From: Candidatus Fraserbacteria bacterium
GTDB taxonomy: Bacteria; Bipolaricaulota; Bipolaricaulia; RBG-16-55-9
Direction: 5' to 3'
Assembly (NCBI GenBank): GCA_037443265.1
Contig: JBBIOR010000021.1
Coordinates: 18,999 to 30,697 of the forward strand
Length of the DNA stretch: 11,699 bases
The translations under genes and the position numbers were made by a program. Of the stretch, positions 1-7,820 are shown piece after piece. The notes under the pieces are model-generated. The model was not told the DNA's origin, did no database searches, and worked only from the letters and a program-made list of their open reading frames with translations. How positions within the stretch are numbered: position 1 is the stretch's first letter; every line of letters starts with the position of its first letter.

Positions 1-1039
1 AAAAATACTTGACGAGGCCTCCGCCGATGAGAGCGCCTAAAGCTCCTCCGGCCGCGCCCAACAGCTGCCCCTCCAGCACGAAGATGGTAATGACTTGGGG
101 GCGCGTTGCGCCTAGAGCCACCATCGTGCCGATCTCGCGGACCCGCTCAAAGACGGACATCAGCATCGTGTTGGCCATGCCCAGCATGGCGATCGCGATC
201 ACGATGAATGAGATCACGCTCAGCAGCCAGCGTCGGAAAGTCAGGGTCTGCCAGATGGCCGCGCCGATCTCTTTCCACGTCTCCAGCTCAACTTTCCAAT
301 CTGCCAGACGATCATTAAGAATCTCTGCAACTTGGTCTGTCCAGTCAATGTCTTGGAGGCCGACGGCGATCTCCGTGATCTTCCCCGCAAGCCCCAGCAG
401 CCGTTGGGCGTCTTCCAGCTTGAGCATCACCACGGAGCCATCGTATTGGGGGTAGCCGGTATAGAAGATGCCCTTCACTTGCAGGCGGGTCGCGTTGAGC
501 GCGCCCGCGGCTGTGGTGGCGACGATCAGCGGGATCGAGCCGACGCGCAGCTTGAGATCCTCCGCCAGTTGTTTCCCAACTAAGATGAAGCCGGGCTGAT
601 CGTCCAGATAGCTGCCCTCGACGATGGAGTTGGCGATGACCCCGGTGGCTCGCTCGACTTCTGGGTGGATGGCCAGACCCATGACTCCAGTGCTCTCACT
701 GCCCCTGCCCAGGATCGCCCGGAAGCGAATTCGGGGCGAGACTCCGACGACTCGAGGGACGCTTCGCGCAGCCTGAAGCAGATCTTCTGATTCAGCCAGA
801 GTGCGATCGAGCGGGAGGAGCCGCGCCTTCTCTCGGTAACCTTGGGCATAGATCTGAATGTGTCCGGCTTGGGCCTTGATGAAATTATTCGTGATCTGCT
901 GATCCATCCCTCCGATCATGCCCTGGAAGAAGATGATGAGCGTAAGTCCCAGGCCGATGCCGGCGGACGTGATCACCGATCGGCGTCGATTGCGAAGCAC
1001 GTTGCGCAAGGCGATCTTGATCAGAGTGAACAAGAACAC
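1..1039 (-). CDS. ABC transporter permease, FtsX/LolE/MacB-like family (3' end outside the window)
   Basis: Manual translation from GTG at 1039 (purine-rich SD GAGGGGG upstream) is open to position 2. It reads MFLFTLIKIALRNVLRNRRRSVITSAGIGLG...LQVKGIFYTG...MANTMLMSVFERVREIGTMVALGATRPQVITIFVLEGQLLGAAGGALG. The 'A-x-RN-x-x-R-N-x-R-R-S' start and the 'ER-x-REIG-x-x-x-ALGA' FtsX motif are typical. It is absent from the ORF track, probably because no stop codon lies in the window. Confidence 0.93.
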   Translation of the reverse strand, partial: MFLFTLIKIALRNVLRNRRRSVITSAGIGLGLTLIIFFQGMIGGMDQQITNNFIKAQAGHIQIYAQGYREKARLLPLDRTLAESEDLLQAARSVPRVVGVSPRIRFRAILGRGSESTGVMGLAIHPEVERATGVIANSIVEGSYLDDQPGFILVGKQLAEDLKLRVGSIPLIVATTAAGALNATRLQVKGIFYTGYPQYDGSVVMLKLEDAQRLLGLAGKITEIAVGLQDIDWTDQVAEILNDRLADWKVELETWKEIGAAIWQTLTFRRWLLSVISFIVIAIAMLGMANTMLMSVFERVREIGTMVALGATRPQVITIFVLEGQLLGAAGGALGALIGGGLVKYF

Positions 1040-1387
1040 GCTAAGCACCCCCTCTTTAATTCGCGCGAGGGCGGATCAATAGGATCTCCTATCTGGTTGC
1101 TGCGACCACATCCTGAAATAGCTCCAAATTCTCCGCGCGCAGGCAGTCCCCAACGACTTCGAGCGGGCTGCGGCCTAGCTCTTTCATCAAAGCGCTGCGC
1201 GTCTTCGCTTTCGGCACGCAGCTCGAATGGCGTGGATCTCCGCGTGAGCCGTATGAGATCCTCATCCGTCGCGCGGCTCATTCTGACCTCCACGGCACTT
1301 CAGAAGCTCTCCGGAGGGTGACGCATGACCTTGCTCCCAGAGTCCCTGTGGCTATATGTTACCCTCATATCGAATGAGGAGGCTACC

Positions 1388-1861
1388 ATGCGTGTGCTCA
1401 AGCTGACAGCGTTGAGTCTCATTTTGATCCCTTTGGCATTGGCATCTGCCAATCCCACAGCAGCGGCTCCGTGTGCCCCCAACGGACGGCAGCTCCAGCC
1501 CCTTCATATCGCTTGGATCCACTGCCAGAACAACTATGACGAGGTGGTCGTCATCGTCAATGCCAGCGGGGAGGACATCGATCTGGCCGGATATCAGCTC
1601 GACAGTTTAGTGGGTCAGAAATTCGTCTTTCAGCCCAGCGAGTGGAACCCGAACTGCTGTGTCATCCAGGCCTATGGGACGCTTCGCATCCACTCCGGGC
1701 CGCGGAACCTTGAGCCCTTCGATGATCCCAGGGATCTACACTGGCTGAACGCGGATGGACAGCCGCGTCGCGACCTGGTGTGGCGAGACAGCTACGATGT
1801 GGCCACCCTGTTTAACGCACAGAAGCAGATTGTGGCTCACTACGAATATGGCCAGCCCTAA
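1388..1861 (+). CDS. Secreted lamin tail domain (LTD) protein
   Basis: ATG 1388 follows GAGGAGG, so it is preferred over 1325. Sec-type signal MRVLKLTALSLILIPLALASA. LTD pattern DEVVVIVNASGEDIDLAGYQL...FVF...LRIHSG...LHW...VWRDSYDVATLFNAQKQIV. Confidence 0.8.
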   Translation: MRVLKLTALSLILIPLALASANPTAAAPCAPNGRQLQPLHIAWIHCQNNYDEVVVIVNASGEDIDLAGYQLDSLVGQKFVFQPSEWNPNCCVIQAYGTLRIHSGPRNLEPFDDPRDLHWLNADGQPRRDLVWRDSYDVATLFNAQKQIVAHYEYGQP

Positions 1862-1877
1862 GGAGCTGATCCGCTCC
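1862..1877 (+). terminator. Possible weak hairpin after the LTD gene
   Basis: GGAGC-tgatcc-GCTCC, a 5-bp stem right after the stop codon, with only a broken T-rich tail (ATTCCCTTT). Confidence 0.3.
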
Positions 1878-1884
1878 ATTCCCT

Positions 1885-1913
1885 TTGCATAGATCTGGCA
1901 TACCGGCTATAAT
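1885..1913 (+). promoter_or_regulatory. sigma70-type promoter for tRNA-Glu (and probably hppA)
   Basis: TTGCAT (1885-1890), 17-nt spacer, TATAAT (1908-1913), then a GC-rich discriminator TCCGGGG. The -10 box ends 12 nt upstream of the tRNA. Confidence 0.85.
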
Positions 1914-1925
1914 TCCGGGGATTTC

Positions 1926-1998
1926 GGTCCCATCGTCTAGTGGCCTAGGACGCTGGTCTCTCAAGCCGGAAACAGGGGTTCGAATCCCCTTGGGACCG
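1926..1998 (+). tRNA. tRNA-Glu, anticodon CTC
   Basis: Cloverleaf: acceptor GGTCCCA/TGGGACC, D-arm GTCTAGTGGCCTAGGAC, anticodon stem CTGGT/GCCGG with loop CT-CTC-AA, T-arm AGGGG-TTCGAAT-CCCCT, discriminator G. CCA is not encoded (CCC follows). Confidence 0.97.
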
Positions 1999-2039
1999 CC
2001 CCTTTATTCTCAGAAGTTCAAGGAGGGCTACATCCATTT

Positions 2040-4085
2040 ATGGACCTCTCACAACTGGTCACACTATTAGCCATCGCCGCAGGCTTGGCCGCGATCGTAT
2101 ACGGCCTTGCGCTCACGCTCTACGTGCTGCGCCTGCCCCAGGGGGCCAAGCGCATGCAGGAGATCGCCTCCGCCATTCAGGAAGGTGCCTCGGCGTATCT
2201 CCATCGCCAATACTCGATCATCGGGCTGGTGGCCGTCGTCATTTTTATTGTGCTCCTTCTGGCACTGGGGGCCGCGACGGCTATCGGCTTTCTCCTTGGG
2301 GCAGTCTCCTCGGCCCTGGCGGGCTACGTGGGCATGAACGTGGCGGTGCGCACTAACGTGCGCACCGCGGAAGCAGCCAAGTCGGGGCTGGCGGCGGCCC
2401 TCTCCGTGGCCTTCAAGGGGGGCGCAGTCACAGGACTCTTCGTGGTGGGCTTGGGACTGCTCGCCATTGCTGCCTTCTTCTGGATCTTGCGCGTCTCTTT
2501 GGGATTTGAGCTTAAAGGGGCGCTCGATGCGCTGGTGGGCTTGGGCTTTGGAGGTTCTTTGATTAGCGTCTTCGCTCGTCTGGGCGGAGGCATCTACACC
2601 AAGGGGGCTGACGCGGGGGCTGATCTCGTCGGCAAAGTCGAAGCCGGCATCCCGGAAGATGATCCGAGAAACCCGGCCGTCATTGCTGACAATGTGGGTG
2701 ATAACGTGGGGGACGACGCGGGCATGGCGGCCGACCTCTTCGAGACGTACGCCGTCACAGCCGTCGCGGCCATGCTCTTAGGCTTCCTCGAGCTCAAAGA
2801 CACCAGCGCGAACGTGAGCCATGCCGTCGTCTACCCTCTGCTCTTGGGCGGGATCTCCATCGCCAGCTCCATTATTGGAAGTTTCTTCGTGAGGCTGCCC
2901 CAGAGTCAGAGCATCATGGGGGCGCTCTATCGCGGCCTGGCCGTGGCGGCTGTGCTGGCCATGAGCGCGTTCTATCCCGCTACGCAGTGGCTCATGGGCG
3001 ACATCGAGAAATTTCCGGTGTTGAATCTGTGGATCTCCTCCATTCTGGGCGTGATCGTCACCGTCGGGATGGTCCTGATCACGGATTATTACACCTCGAA
3101 GCGCTTCTCGTCCGTGCAGCGCATCGCTCAGGCTGCTGTGACGGGCCATGCGACAAATATTATTACGGGGCTGGCGGTGGGGATGCGCTCGACGGTCCTG
3201 CCCATTCTGCTCATCTGTGCGGCCATCTTAGCGGCGTATGCGCTCGCCGGGCTCTACGGGATCGCCATTGCTGCCATGGCCATGCTCTCCATGACGGGCA
3301 TTATTGTCGCGATCGATGCCTATGGGCCCATTACAGACAACGCCGGAGGGATTGCCGAGATGGCGGATCTGCCGGACTCGGTGCGCGCTGTGACAGACCC
3401 GCTCGATGCTGTAGGCAACACCACGAAAGCCGTCACCAAAGGCTATGCCATCGGCTCGGCGGGCCTGGCGGCCCTCGTGCTCTTCTCAGCCTATGCTCAA
3501 GAACTGGAAGCCAAGCTGGGCCTGGCGCTTCAATTCTTGCTCTCGGACCCCTGGGTGCTGGTGGGTCTCTTCCTTGGGGGCGCGCTGCCGTTCCTGTTTG
3601 CGTCTTTGGCGATGGACGCCGTGGGCGTGGCTGCGAGCGCAATCATTGAAGAAGTCCGCCGACAATTTAGGGAAAAGCCAGGGATCTTGCAGGGCAGAGA
3701 CCGGCCTGACTACGGTCAATGTGTGCGGATCGTGACCGCTACGGCTCAAAGAGCGATGATTGCTCCGGCGCTCATTCCCGTGTTGGCCCCGATTCTCGTA
3801 GGGTCTCTGCTGGGGGCCAAAGCTCTGGGGGGATTGCTGGTAGGATCGATCGTAACAGGTCTTTTTGTGGCCATCTCCATGACTACCGGAGGAGCAGCGT
3901 GGGACAATGCCAAGAAATTTATTGAAGAAGGGGCTTATGGGGGCAAGGGCTCTCCTCCCCACAAGGCCGCTGTCACGGGAGACACCGTGGGAGACCCCTG
4001 CAAGGACACGGCCGGACCGGCGATCAACCCCATGATCAAAGTGATCAACATCGTGGCGCTGCTCATTGTGCCCTTCCTGCGGTAG
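2040..4085 (+). CDS. hppA: Membrane-integral ion-pumping pyrophosphatase, K+-independent H+-PPase signature
   Basis: 681 aa with many TM helices. Motifs [96 protein letters not shown] at 2021-2026. Confidence 0.97.
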   Translation: MDLSQLVTLLAIAAGLAAIVYGLALTLYVLRLPQGAKRMQEIASAIQEGASAYLHRQYSIIGLVAVVIFIVLLLALGAATAIGFLLGAVSSALAGYVGMNVAVRTNVRTAEAAKSGLAAALSVAFKGGAVTGLFVVGLGLLAIAAFFWILRVSLGFELKGALDALVGLGFGGSLISVFARLGGGIYTKGADAGADLVGKVEAGIPEDDPRNPAVIADNVGDNVGDDAGMAADLFETYAVTAVAAMLLGFLELKDTSANVSHAVVYPLLLGGISIASSIIGSFFVRLPQSQSIMGALYRGLAVAAVLAMSAFYPATQWLMGDIEKFPVLNLWISSILGVIVTVGMVLITDYYTSKRFSSVQRIAQAAVTGHATNIITGLAVGMRSTVLPILLICAAILAAYALAGLYGIAIAAMAMLSMTGIIVAIDAYGPITDNAGGIAEMADLPDSVRAVTDPLDAVGNTTKAVTKGYAIGSAGLAALVLFSAYAQELEAKLGLALQFLLSDPWVLVGLFLGGALPFLFASLAMDAVGVAASAIIEEVRRQFREKPGILQGRDRPDYGQCVRIVTATAQRAMIAPALIPVLAPILVGSLLGAKALGGLLVGSIVTGLFVAISMTTGGAAWDNAKKFIEEGAYGGKGSPPHKAAVTGDTVGDPCKDTAGPAINPMIKVINIVALLIVPFLR

Positions 4086-4090
4086 CTCTT

Positions 4091-4119
4091 TCGACTTCGT
4101 CTGCTCCGGATGCTAGAAT
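4091..4119 (+). promoter_or_regulatory. Putative extended -10 sigma70 promoter for the ABC-2 pair
   Basis: TCGACT (4091-4096), 17 nt, TAGAAT (4114-4119), with TG at 4111-4112 (TGn extended -10). Confidence 0.55.
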
Positions 4120-4128
4120 GAATCCGCC

Positions 4129-5061
4129 ATGAGCGGGGGAGAGATCCTGCGGGTCGAAGGGGTCACCAAAGAGTTTGACAGACTCGTCGCCGTCTCCGAG
4201 GTCTCGTTTGAAGTCCAGCGGGGTGAGATCTTTGGGCTTCTGGGTCCCAACGGCGCGGGCAAGACGACCCTTATCCGCATGATCCTGGGGATCTTGAGAC
4301 CCGACTCCGGCCGGATTCTCTTCCATCTGGACGGCGCGCCGGGGCCTCTTAAGAAGCAGAGAGTGGGCTATCTCCCTGAGGAGCGCGGCCTGCCTGAAGA
4401 TCGCTGGGTGGGCGAGGCGCTGCTCTATCTCGCCCGCCTGCACGGGATGGATCCCGCCCGCGCGCGCGAGCGCGCTCTCTATTGGCTGGATCGCTTTGCG
4501 CTGGGTGATCGCTTTCAGAGTCGCATCAAAGAGCTCTCCAAGGGAATGCAACAGAAAGTGCAATTCATCGCGGCCGTGCTGCATCAGCCGGAGCTGGTCG
4601 TGCTCGACGAGCCCTTTTCGGGCTTAGATCCCGTCAATCAGGATTTATTTCAAGATGTGATTCGCGAGCTGGCGCGCACGGGCATGACCATCTTGCTCTC
4701 TTCTCACCAGATGAACCTCGTCGAAAATCTGTGCGATCGGGTCTTTCTCATCAATCATGGCCGTCAGGTTTTGTATGGGGAACTCAGCCAGATCAAGCGC
4801 GATCACGGCGAGGATGTCGTGCGATTGAGATATAAAGCCCAAGATCCTGATCCACTGCGCAGTTGGCTGTCCCACAACGGACATGTGCGGATCCTCTCGC
4901 TCGATCGCGACCAAGCTGAGCTGCTCCTTCTCAAAGGGACCTCTCCCAATGAGTTCTTGCGCTCCATAGTCGATCGCGTGGAGATCACAGAGCTTTTCAT
5001 CACGCAGCCCTCGCTCCATCGGATCTTCGTGGAGGTCGTGCAGAGGGGGCCTTCGAGATGA
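4129..5061 (+). CDS. ABC-2 type exporter ATP-binding protein (NatA/YhaQ-like)
   Basis: Walker [19 protein letters not shown], signature LSKGMQQK, Walker [16 protein letters not shown]-loop SSH, C-terminal PSLHRIF. Confidence 0.95.
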   Translation: MSGGEILRVEGVTKEFDRLVAVSEVSFEVQRGEIFGLLGPNGAGKTTLIRMILGILRPDSGRILFHLDGAPGPLKKQRVGYLPEERGLPEDRWVGEALLYLARLHGMDPARARERALYWLDRFALGDRFQSRIKELSKGMQQKVQFIAAVLHQPELVVLDEPFSGLDPVNQDLFQDVIRELARTGMTILLSSHQMNLVENLCDRVFLINHGRQVLYGELSQIKRDHGEDVVRLRYKAQDPDPLRSWLSHNGHVRILSLDRDQAELLLLKGTSPNEFLRSIVDRVEITELFITQPSLHRIFVEVVQRGPSR

Positions 5062-5990
5062 AGCACGTGCTGGCCGTGGCCCAGTGGGAGTTCAGCGGCA
5101 CACTGAGAAACCGCCAATTTCTCTTCTTCACGGTGCTCTTTCCCCTGTTCATTCTGGGATTCAGCGCGCTCTCCATCGTGCTGAGCGAGCCGGGGACGCG
5201 CGCGGCGCTCTCCGCCGTCAACCCAGAGCAACTGAGCCAGAAGCTGAGTGCTGTCGGAGCCGATCCTCAGAAGACGTTCCCTCTCGTCTTAGCCACGATC
5301 TTGGCTTTCATCTTCTTGTTCGTGGTGCTCTTCTCGGGGACATTTGTGCTTCAGAACATCGTCCGCGAGAAGCAGAGTCGGGTGGTAGAGCTGCTCTTGG
5401 CGGCCATCTCGCCCCGAGCCCTTATCTATGGAAAGATTCTAGCTTTTGGGGCCTTGGGCCTCTTTCAAGTGTTCATCTGGGTGTTGGTGGGGCTGGTGGC
5501 TCTGCTCGTGCTCGGGCCGTATTTGGGCATCCCGACCTGGCCGCTTCTGGGGCTGATCTTGGCGTATATGCCCTGGGATAAGCTCTTGCTCTTTGCGATC
5601 TATTTCGTCTTGGGGTATCTCTTCATCGCGTCTTTTTCGGCGGGCATGGGATCGACCATGACGGATGTCTTAAGCGGCCAGCAGCTACAGAGCTTGATCA
5701 TTGCCCTGCCCGCGGCGCTGCCGCTCCTTATTTTTCACATCATCTTGACGGACCCTGAGGGCTTTTTGCCGCAGCTCTTCAGCTACATTCCTCCGACGAT
5801 TCCAGGGACGATGATGCTCCGGCTGGCTGTGGCTTCGATCCCGCTCTGGGAGGTGGCCCTGAGCCTCGGGGTGCTGCTGGCCAGCATGCTCATCGTGATG
5901 AGGCTGGCGGGCAAGATCTTCGAGATTGGGATCTTGATGTACGGCAAGTCGGCATCCCTCAAGGAGATCTGGCGCTGGGTGCGGAGTTGA
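5058..5990 (+). CDS. ABC-2 type exporter permease (NatB/YhaP-like)
   Basis: ATGA overlap with the ATPase gene; about 7 hydrophobic segments. Motifs IVREKQSRVVELLLAAISP...GKI and KIFEIGILMYGK. The first extracytoplasmic loop is short. Confidence 0.92.
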   Translation: MKHVLAVAQWEFSGTLRNRQFLFFTVLFPLFILGFSALSIVLSEPGTRAALSAVNPEQLSQKLSAVGADPQKTFPLVLATILAFIFLFVVLFSGTFVLQNIVREKQSRVVELLLAAISPRALIYGKILAFGALGLFQVFIWVLVGLVALLVLGPYLGIPTWPLLGLILAYMPWDKLLLFAIYFVLGYLFIASFSAGMGSTMTDVLSGQQLQSLIIALPAALPLLIFHIILTDPEGFLPQLFSYIPPTIPGTMMLRLAVASIPLWEVALSLGVLLASMLIVMRLAGKIFEIGILMYGKSASLKEIWRWVRS

Positions 5991-6015
5991 CCTTAGGCAT
6001 TCCAAATCATAATCT
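5987..6015 (+). promoter_or_regulatory. Putative sigma70 promoter for the surface-protein operon
   Basis: TTGACC (5987-5992), 17 nt, TAATCT (6010-6015), overlapping CATAAT. SD GGAGAGGGG precedes ATG 6049. Confidence 0.5.
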
Positions 6016-6048
6016 GATCCCGGCCAGGGAATTGGAGAGGGGGATCAT

Positions 6049-6831
6049 ATGAGCAACGCTCTTCAGACGTTGGCCGTCATCTTGGTGGCCCTGCTCTTGC
6101 TCCTGGTGATCGCGTTGGCCGCTCCGGAGCTGATCTCATCAAGGACCACCGTGACGGAGCCGGTAGGGCCTAGGACTTCCCCGGCTGTCCCGGTGACGCC
6201 TTCGCCGGCGCCGGGCCAAGACGTGACCGTGATGGTCATCATCCCTGAGGTCGTGCTTCGGCAGCAGATTCCCGATCCGGCTGCGGAGAAGGCCGTCATT
6301 CGCGCCCTCATTTTGAAAGACTTTCGCGTGGTGGATCAATCCCAGGTGAAGAAGATCCGCTACAACGATCAAGTGCTTCTAGCTATCCATGGCGATCCCG
6401 AGGCCGTGAAAGCGCTTCAAGCTCTGGCACTCGAGTACGATGCCGACGTGCTGGTGCTCGGAGAGGCCTTTGCGGAAGGCCCCATTCCCGCTCCCGGAGG
6501 CTTGCAATCTGCCCGAGCGCGGGTCGAGATCCGGGCGATTCTGGCGCGGACGGGTCAGATCCTCGCCTCCGAGGCCGTCACGGCCGGTGGCGCGGACTTA
6601 ACGTTCAACATCGCGGCCAAGACGGCCCTTCAGAACGGCGGCCAGCAGATGGGCCAAATTTTAACGAAGGCGCTCTTGGCCAAGTTCGGCCGACAATCCG
6701 GGGCGCAGGGCAAAGTGGAGCTCCTCGTCACGTCCATGCCCTTCCCGCTCTATCTGCTCTTCAAGGAGAAATTGACGGCCTCGAGCGCTCGCGTGACGTT
6801 TAAGCTCGTCGCTGGAGAGGGAGGGGAGTGA
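6049..6831 (+). CDS. N-terminally anchored or secreted protein with a CsgG/FlgT-middle-like alpha/beta domain
   Basis: N-terminal hydrophobic helix, Pro/Thr-rich linker, then VMVIIPE...DPAAEKAVIRALILKDFRVVD...ADVLVLGEAF...ARARVEIRAILARTGQILAS, the pattern of the CsgG/TolB-N/FlgT fold. Recognised by eye only. Confidence 0.65.
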   Translation: MSNALQTLAVILVALLLLLVIALAAPELISSRTTVTEPVGPRTSPAVPVTPSPAPGQDVTVMVIIPEVVLRQQIPDPAAEKAVIRALILKDFRVVDQSQVKKIRYNDQVLLAIHGDPEAVKALQALALEYDADVLVLGEAFAEGPIPAPGGLQSARARVEIRAILARTGQILASEAVTAGGADLTFNIAAKTALQNGGQQMGQILTKALLAKFGRQSGAQGKVELLVTSMPFPLYLLFKEKLTASSARVTFKLVAGEGGE

Positions 6832-7820
6832 GCGTCGTGTCTGACTTCGTCAAGATCGTCTTCGTCGGGCTTCTGGTGGCGGCGGCTCTGTTCGTGGTCT
6901 TAATGATCATCCCCAAAGAGCCGCCGAATCAGGTGATTGTACCCATCGAGCCGGTGAACGCGGCCGTCATTCGCTTTGACGATCGCAGCGGCCGGGGGAC
7001 CCTGGGCGAGGAGATGAGAATCCGCTTGGAAGGGGAGCTGGTGAATCGTCCGGGCCTGCAAGTCCTCGCGCGCGAGCGGCTAGATGTGATCCTGCAGGAG
7101 CAGCGGCTCTGTGCCTTGGGGCTGTGTGATCCCCAGACGGCCCTTGAAATCGGCAGACTCACGGGCGTAAACAAGCTCGTCACCGGCGTGATCCTGGGGG
7201 TCAGCCAGGACCTCCAAGAGACTCAGATCTGCAAGGAGATTCGGCTCTGGCCGCCGGGGTGCGCACGCTCCGTACCCGGAACGGAGCTTCGGGTGGAGCT
7301 GGAGATGCAGTTCCAGATTCTGAACGCGCAGACGGGCCGCATTGAAGTCTCCGAGCGTCTGACGCATTCGGCCTCCCAGTCGGTGGAGCGCGGCCAGCCC
7401 CTGCCGGATGCGAACAAGATCCTGCGGGCCGTCATGGATAGCTTAAGCAGTCGCATCGCGGATCGCATCCAGACGGGCTACACGCGGGAGCTACGCTACG
7501 GGCTCTACAAGAGCTACAAGACGAAGGGCAGCGCCTATGAGGGAGAGAGTCCAGCGACGACGTTCACCGCAGAAGATCCACAAGTCGTGTTGATTGTGCA
7601 TCTGGTCAGAATGCAGCCCACTGATCAATTCTCTGTGGCCTGGATTGATCCGCAGGGTAATCGCATGGAGACTCCCGCTGTGCCCGGCGATGCCGGCTGG
7701 GTTCCCTTCACGCTGCCGCTCTTAGGGAAGCCCAGCGGCTCCTGGACTGTAGAAGGCTTCATCAACGGCCAGAAGGTCTTTGCGGAGACGTTCGTTGTGC
7801 TGGGCTCCTCCAGCCAGTGA
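6828..7820 (+). CDS. CsgG/HfaB-family protein with an N-terminal TM anchor and a C-terminal Ig-like beta domain
   Basis: GTGA overlap with the upstream gene, SD GGAGGGGA. Motifs AVIRFDDRSG, LQVLARERLDVILQEQRL, DPQTALEIGRLTGVNKLVTGVI, QILNAQTGRI are typical of CsgG-like domains. C-terminal WIDPQG...GSWTVEGFING suggests a beta-sandwich. Confidence 0.8.
   Translation: MSVVSDFVKIVFVGLLVAAALFVVLMIIPKEPPNQVIVPIEPVNAAVIRFDDRSGRGTLGEEMRIRLEGELVNRPGLQVLARERLDVILQEQRLCALGLCDPQTALEIGRLTGVNKLVTGVILGVSQDLQETQICKEIRLWPPGCARSVPGTELRVELEMQFQILNAQTGRIEVSERLTHSASQSVERGQPLPDANKILRAVMDSLSSRIADRIQTGYTRELRYGLYKSYKTKGSAYEGESPATTFTAEDPQVVLIVHLVRMQPTDQFSVAWIDPQGNRMETPAVPGDAGWVPFTLPLLGKPSGSWTVEGFINGQKVFAETFVVLGSSSQ

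Noticed and set aside
9..1021. ORF-track entries 9..455 (+), 332..583 (+), 580..849 (-) and 842..1321 (+)
   Set aside because: They are shadows of the real minus-strand permease (1039 to <1). They have no motifs or SD support.
1079..1092. Inverted repeat ATAGGA-tc-TCCTAT upstream of the permease
   Set aside because: The arms are only 6 bp, it occurs once, and no regulator gene is nearby. It is compatible with chance.
1926..2001. tRNA-Glu as a phage or island integration site
   Set aside because: No integrase and no duplicate of the tRNA 3' end was seen in the window, and the flanks are housekeeping-like.
1885..2070. 61-aa ORF on the + strand
   Set aside because: It spans the promoter and tRNA-Glu, so it is not a plausible protein gene.
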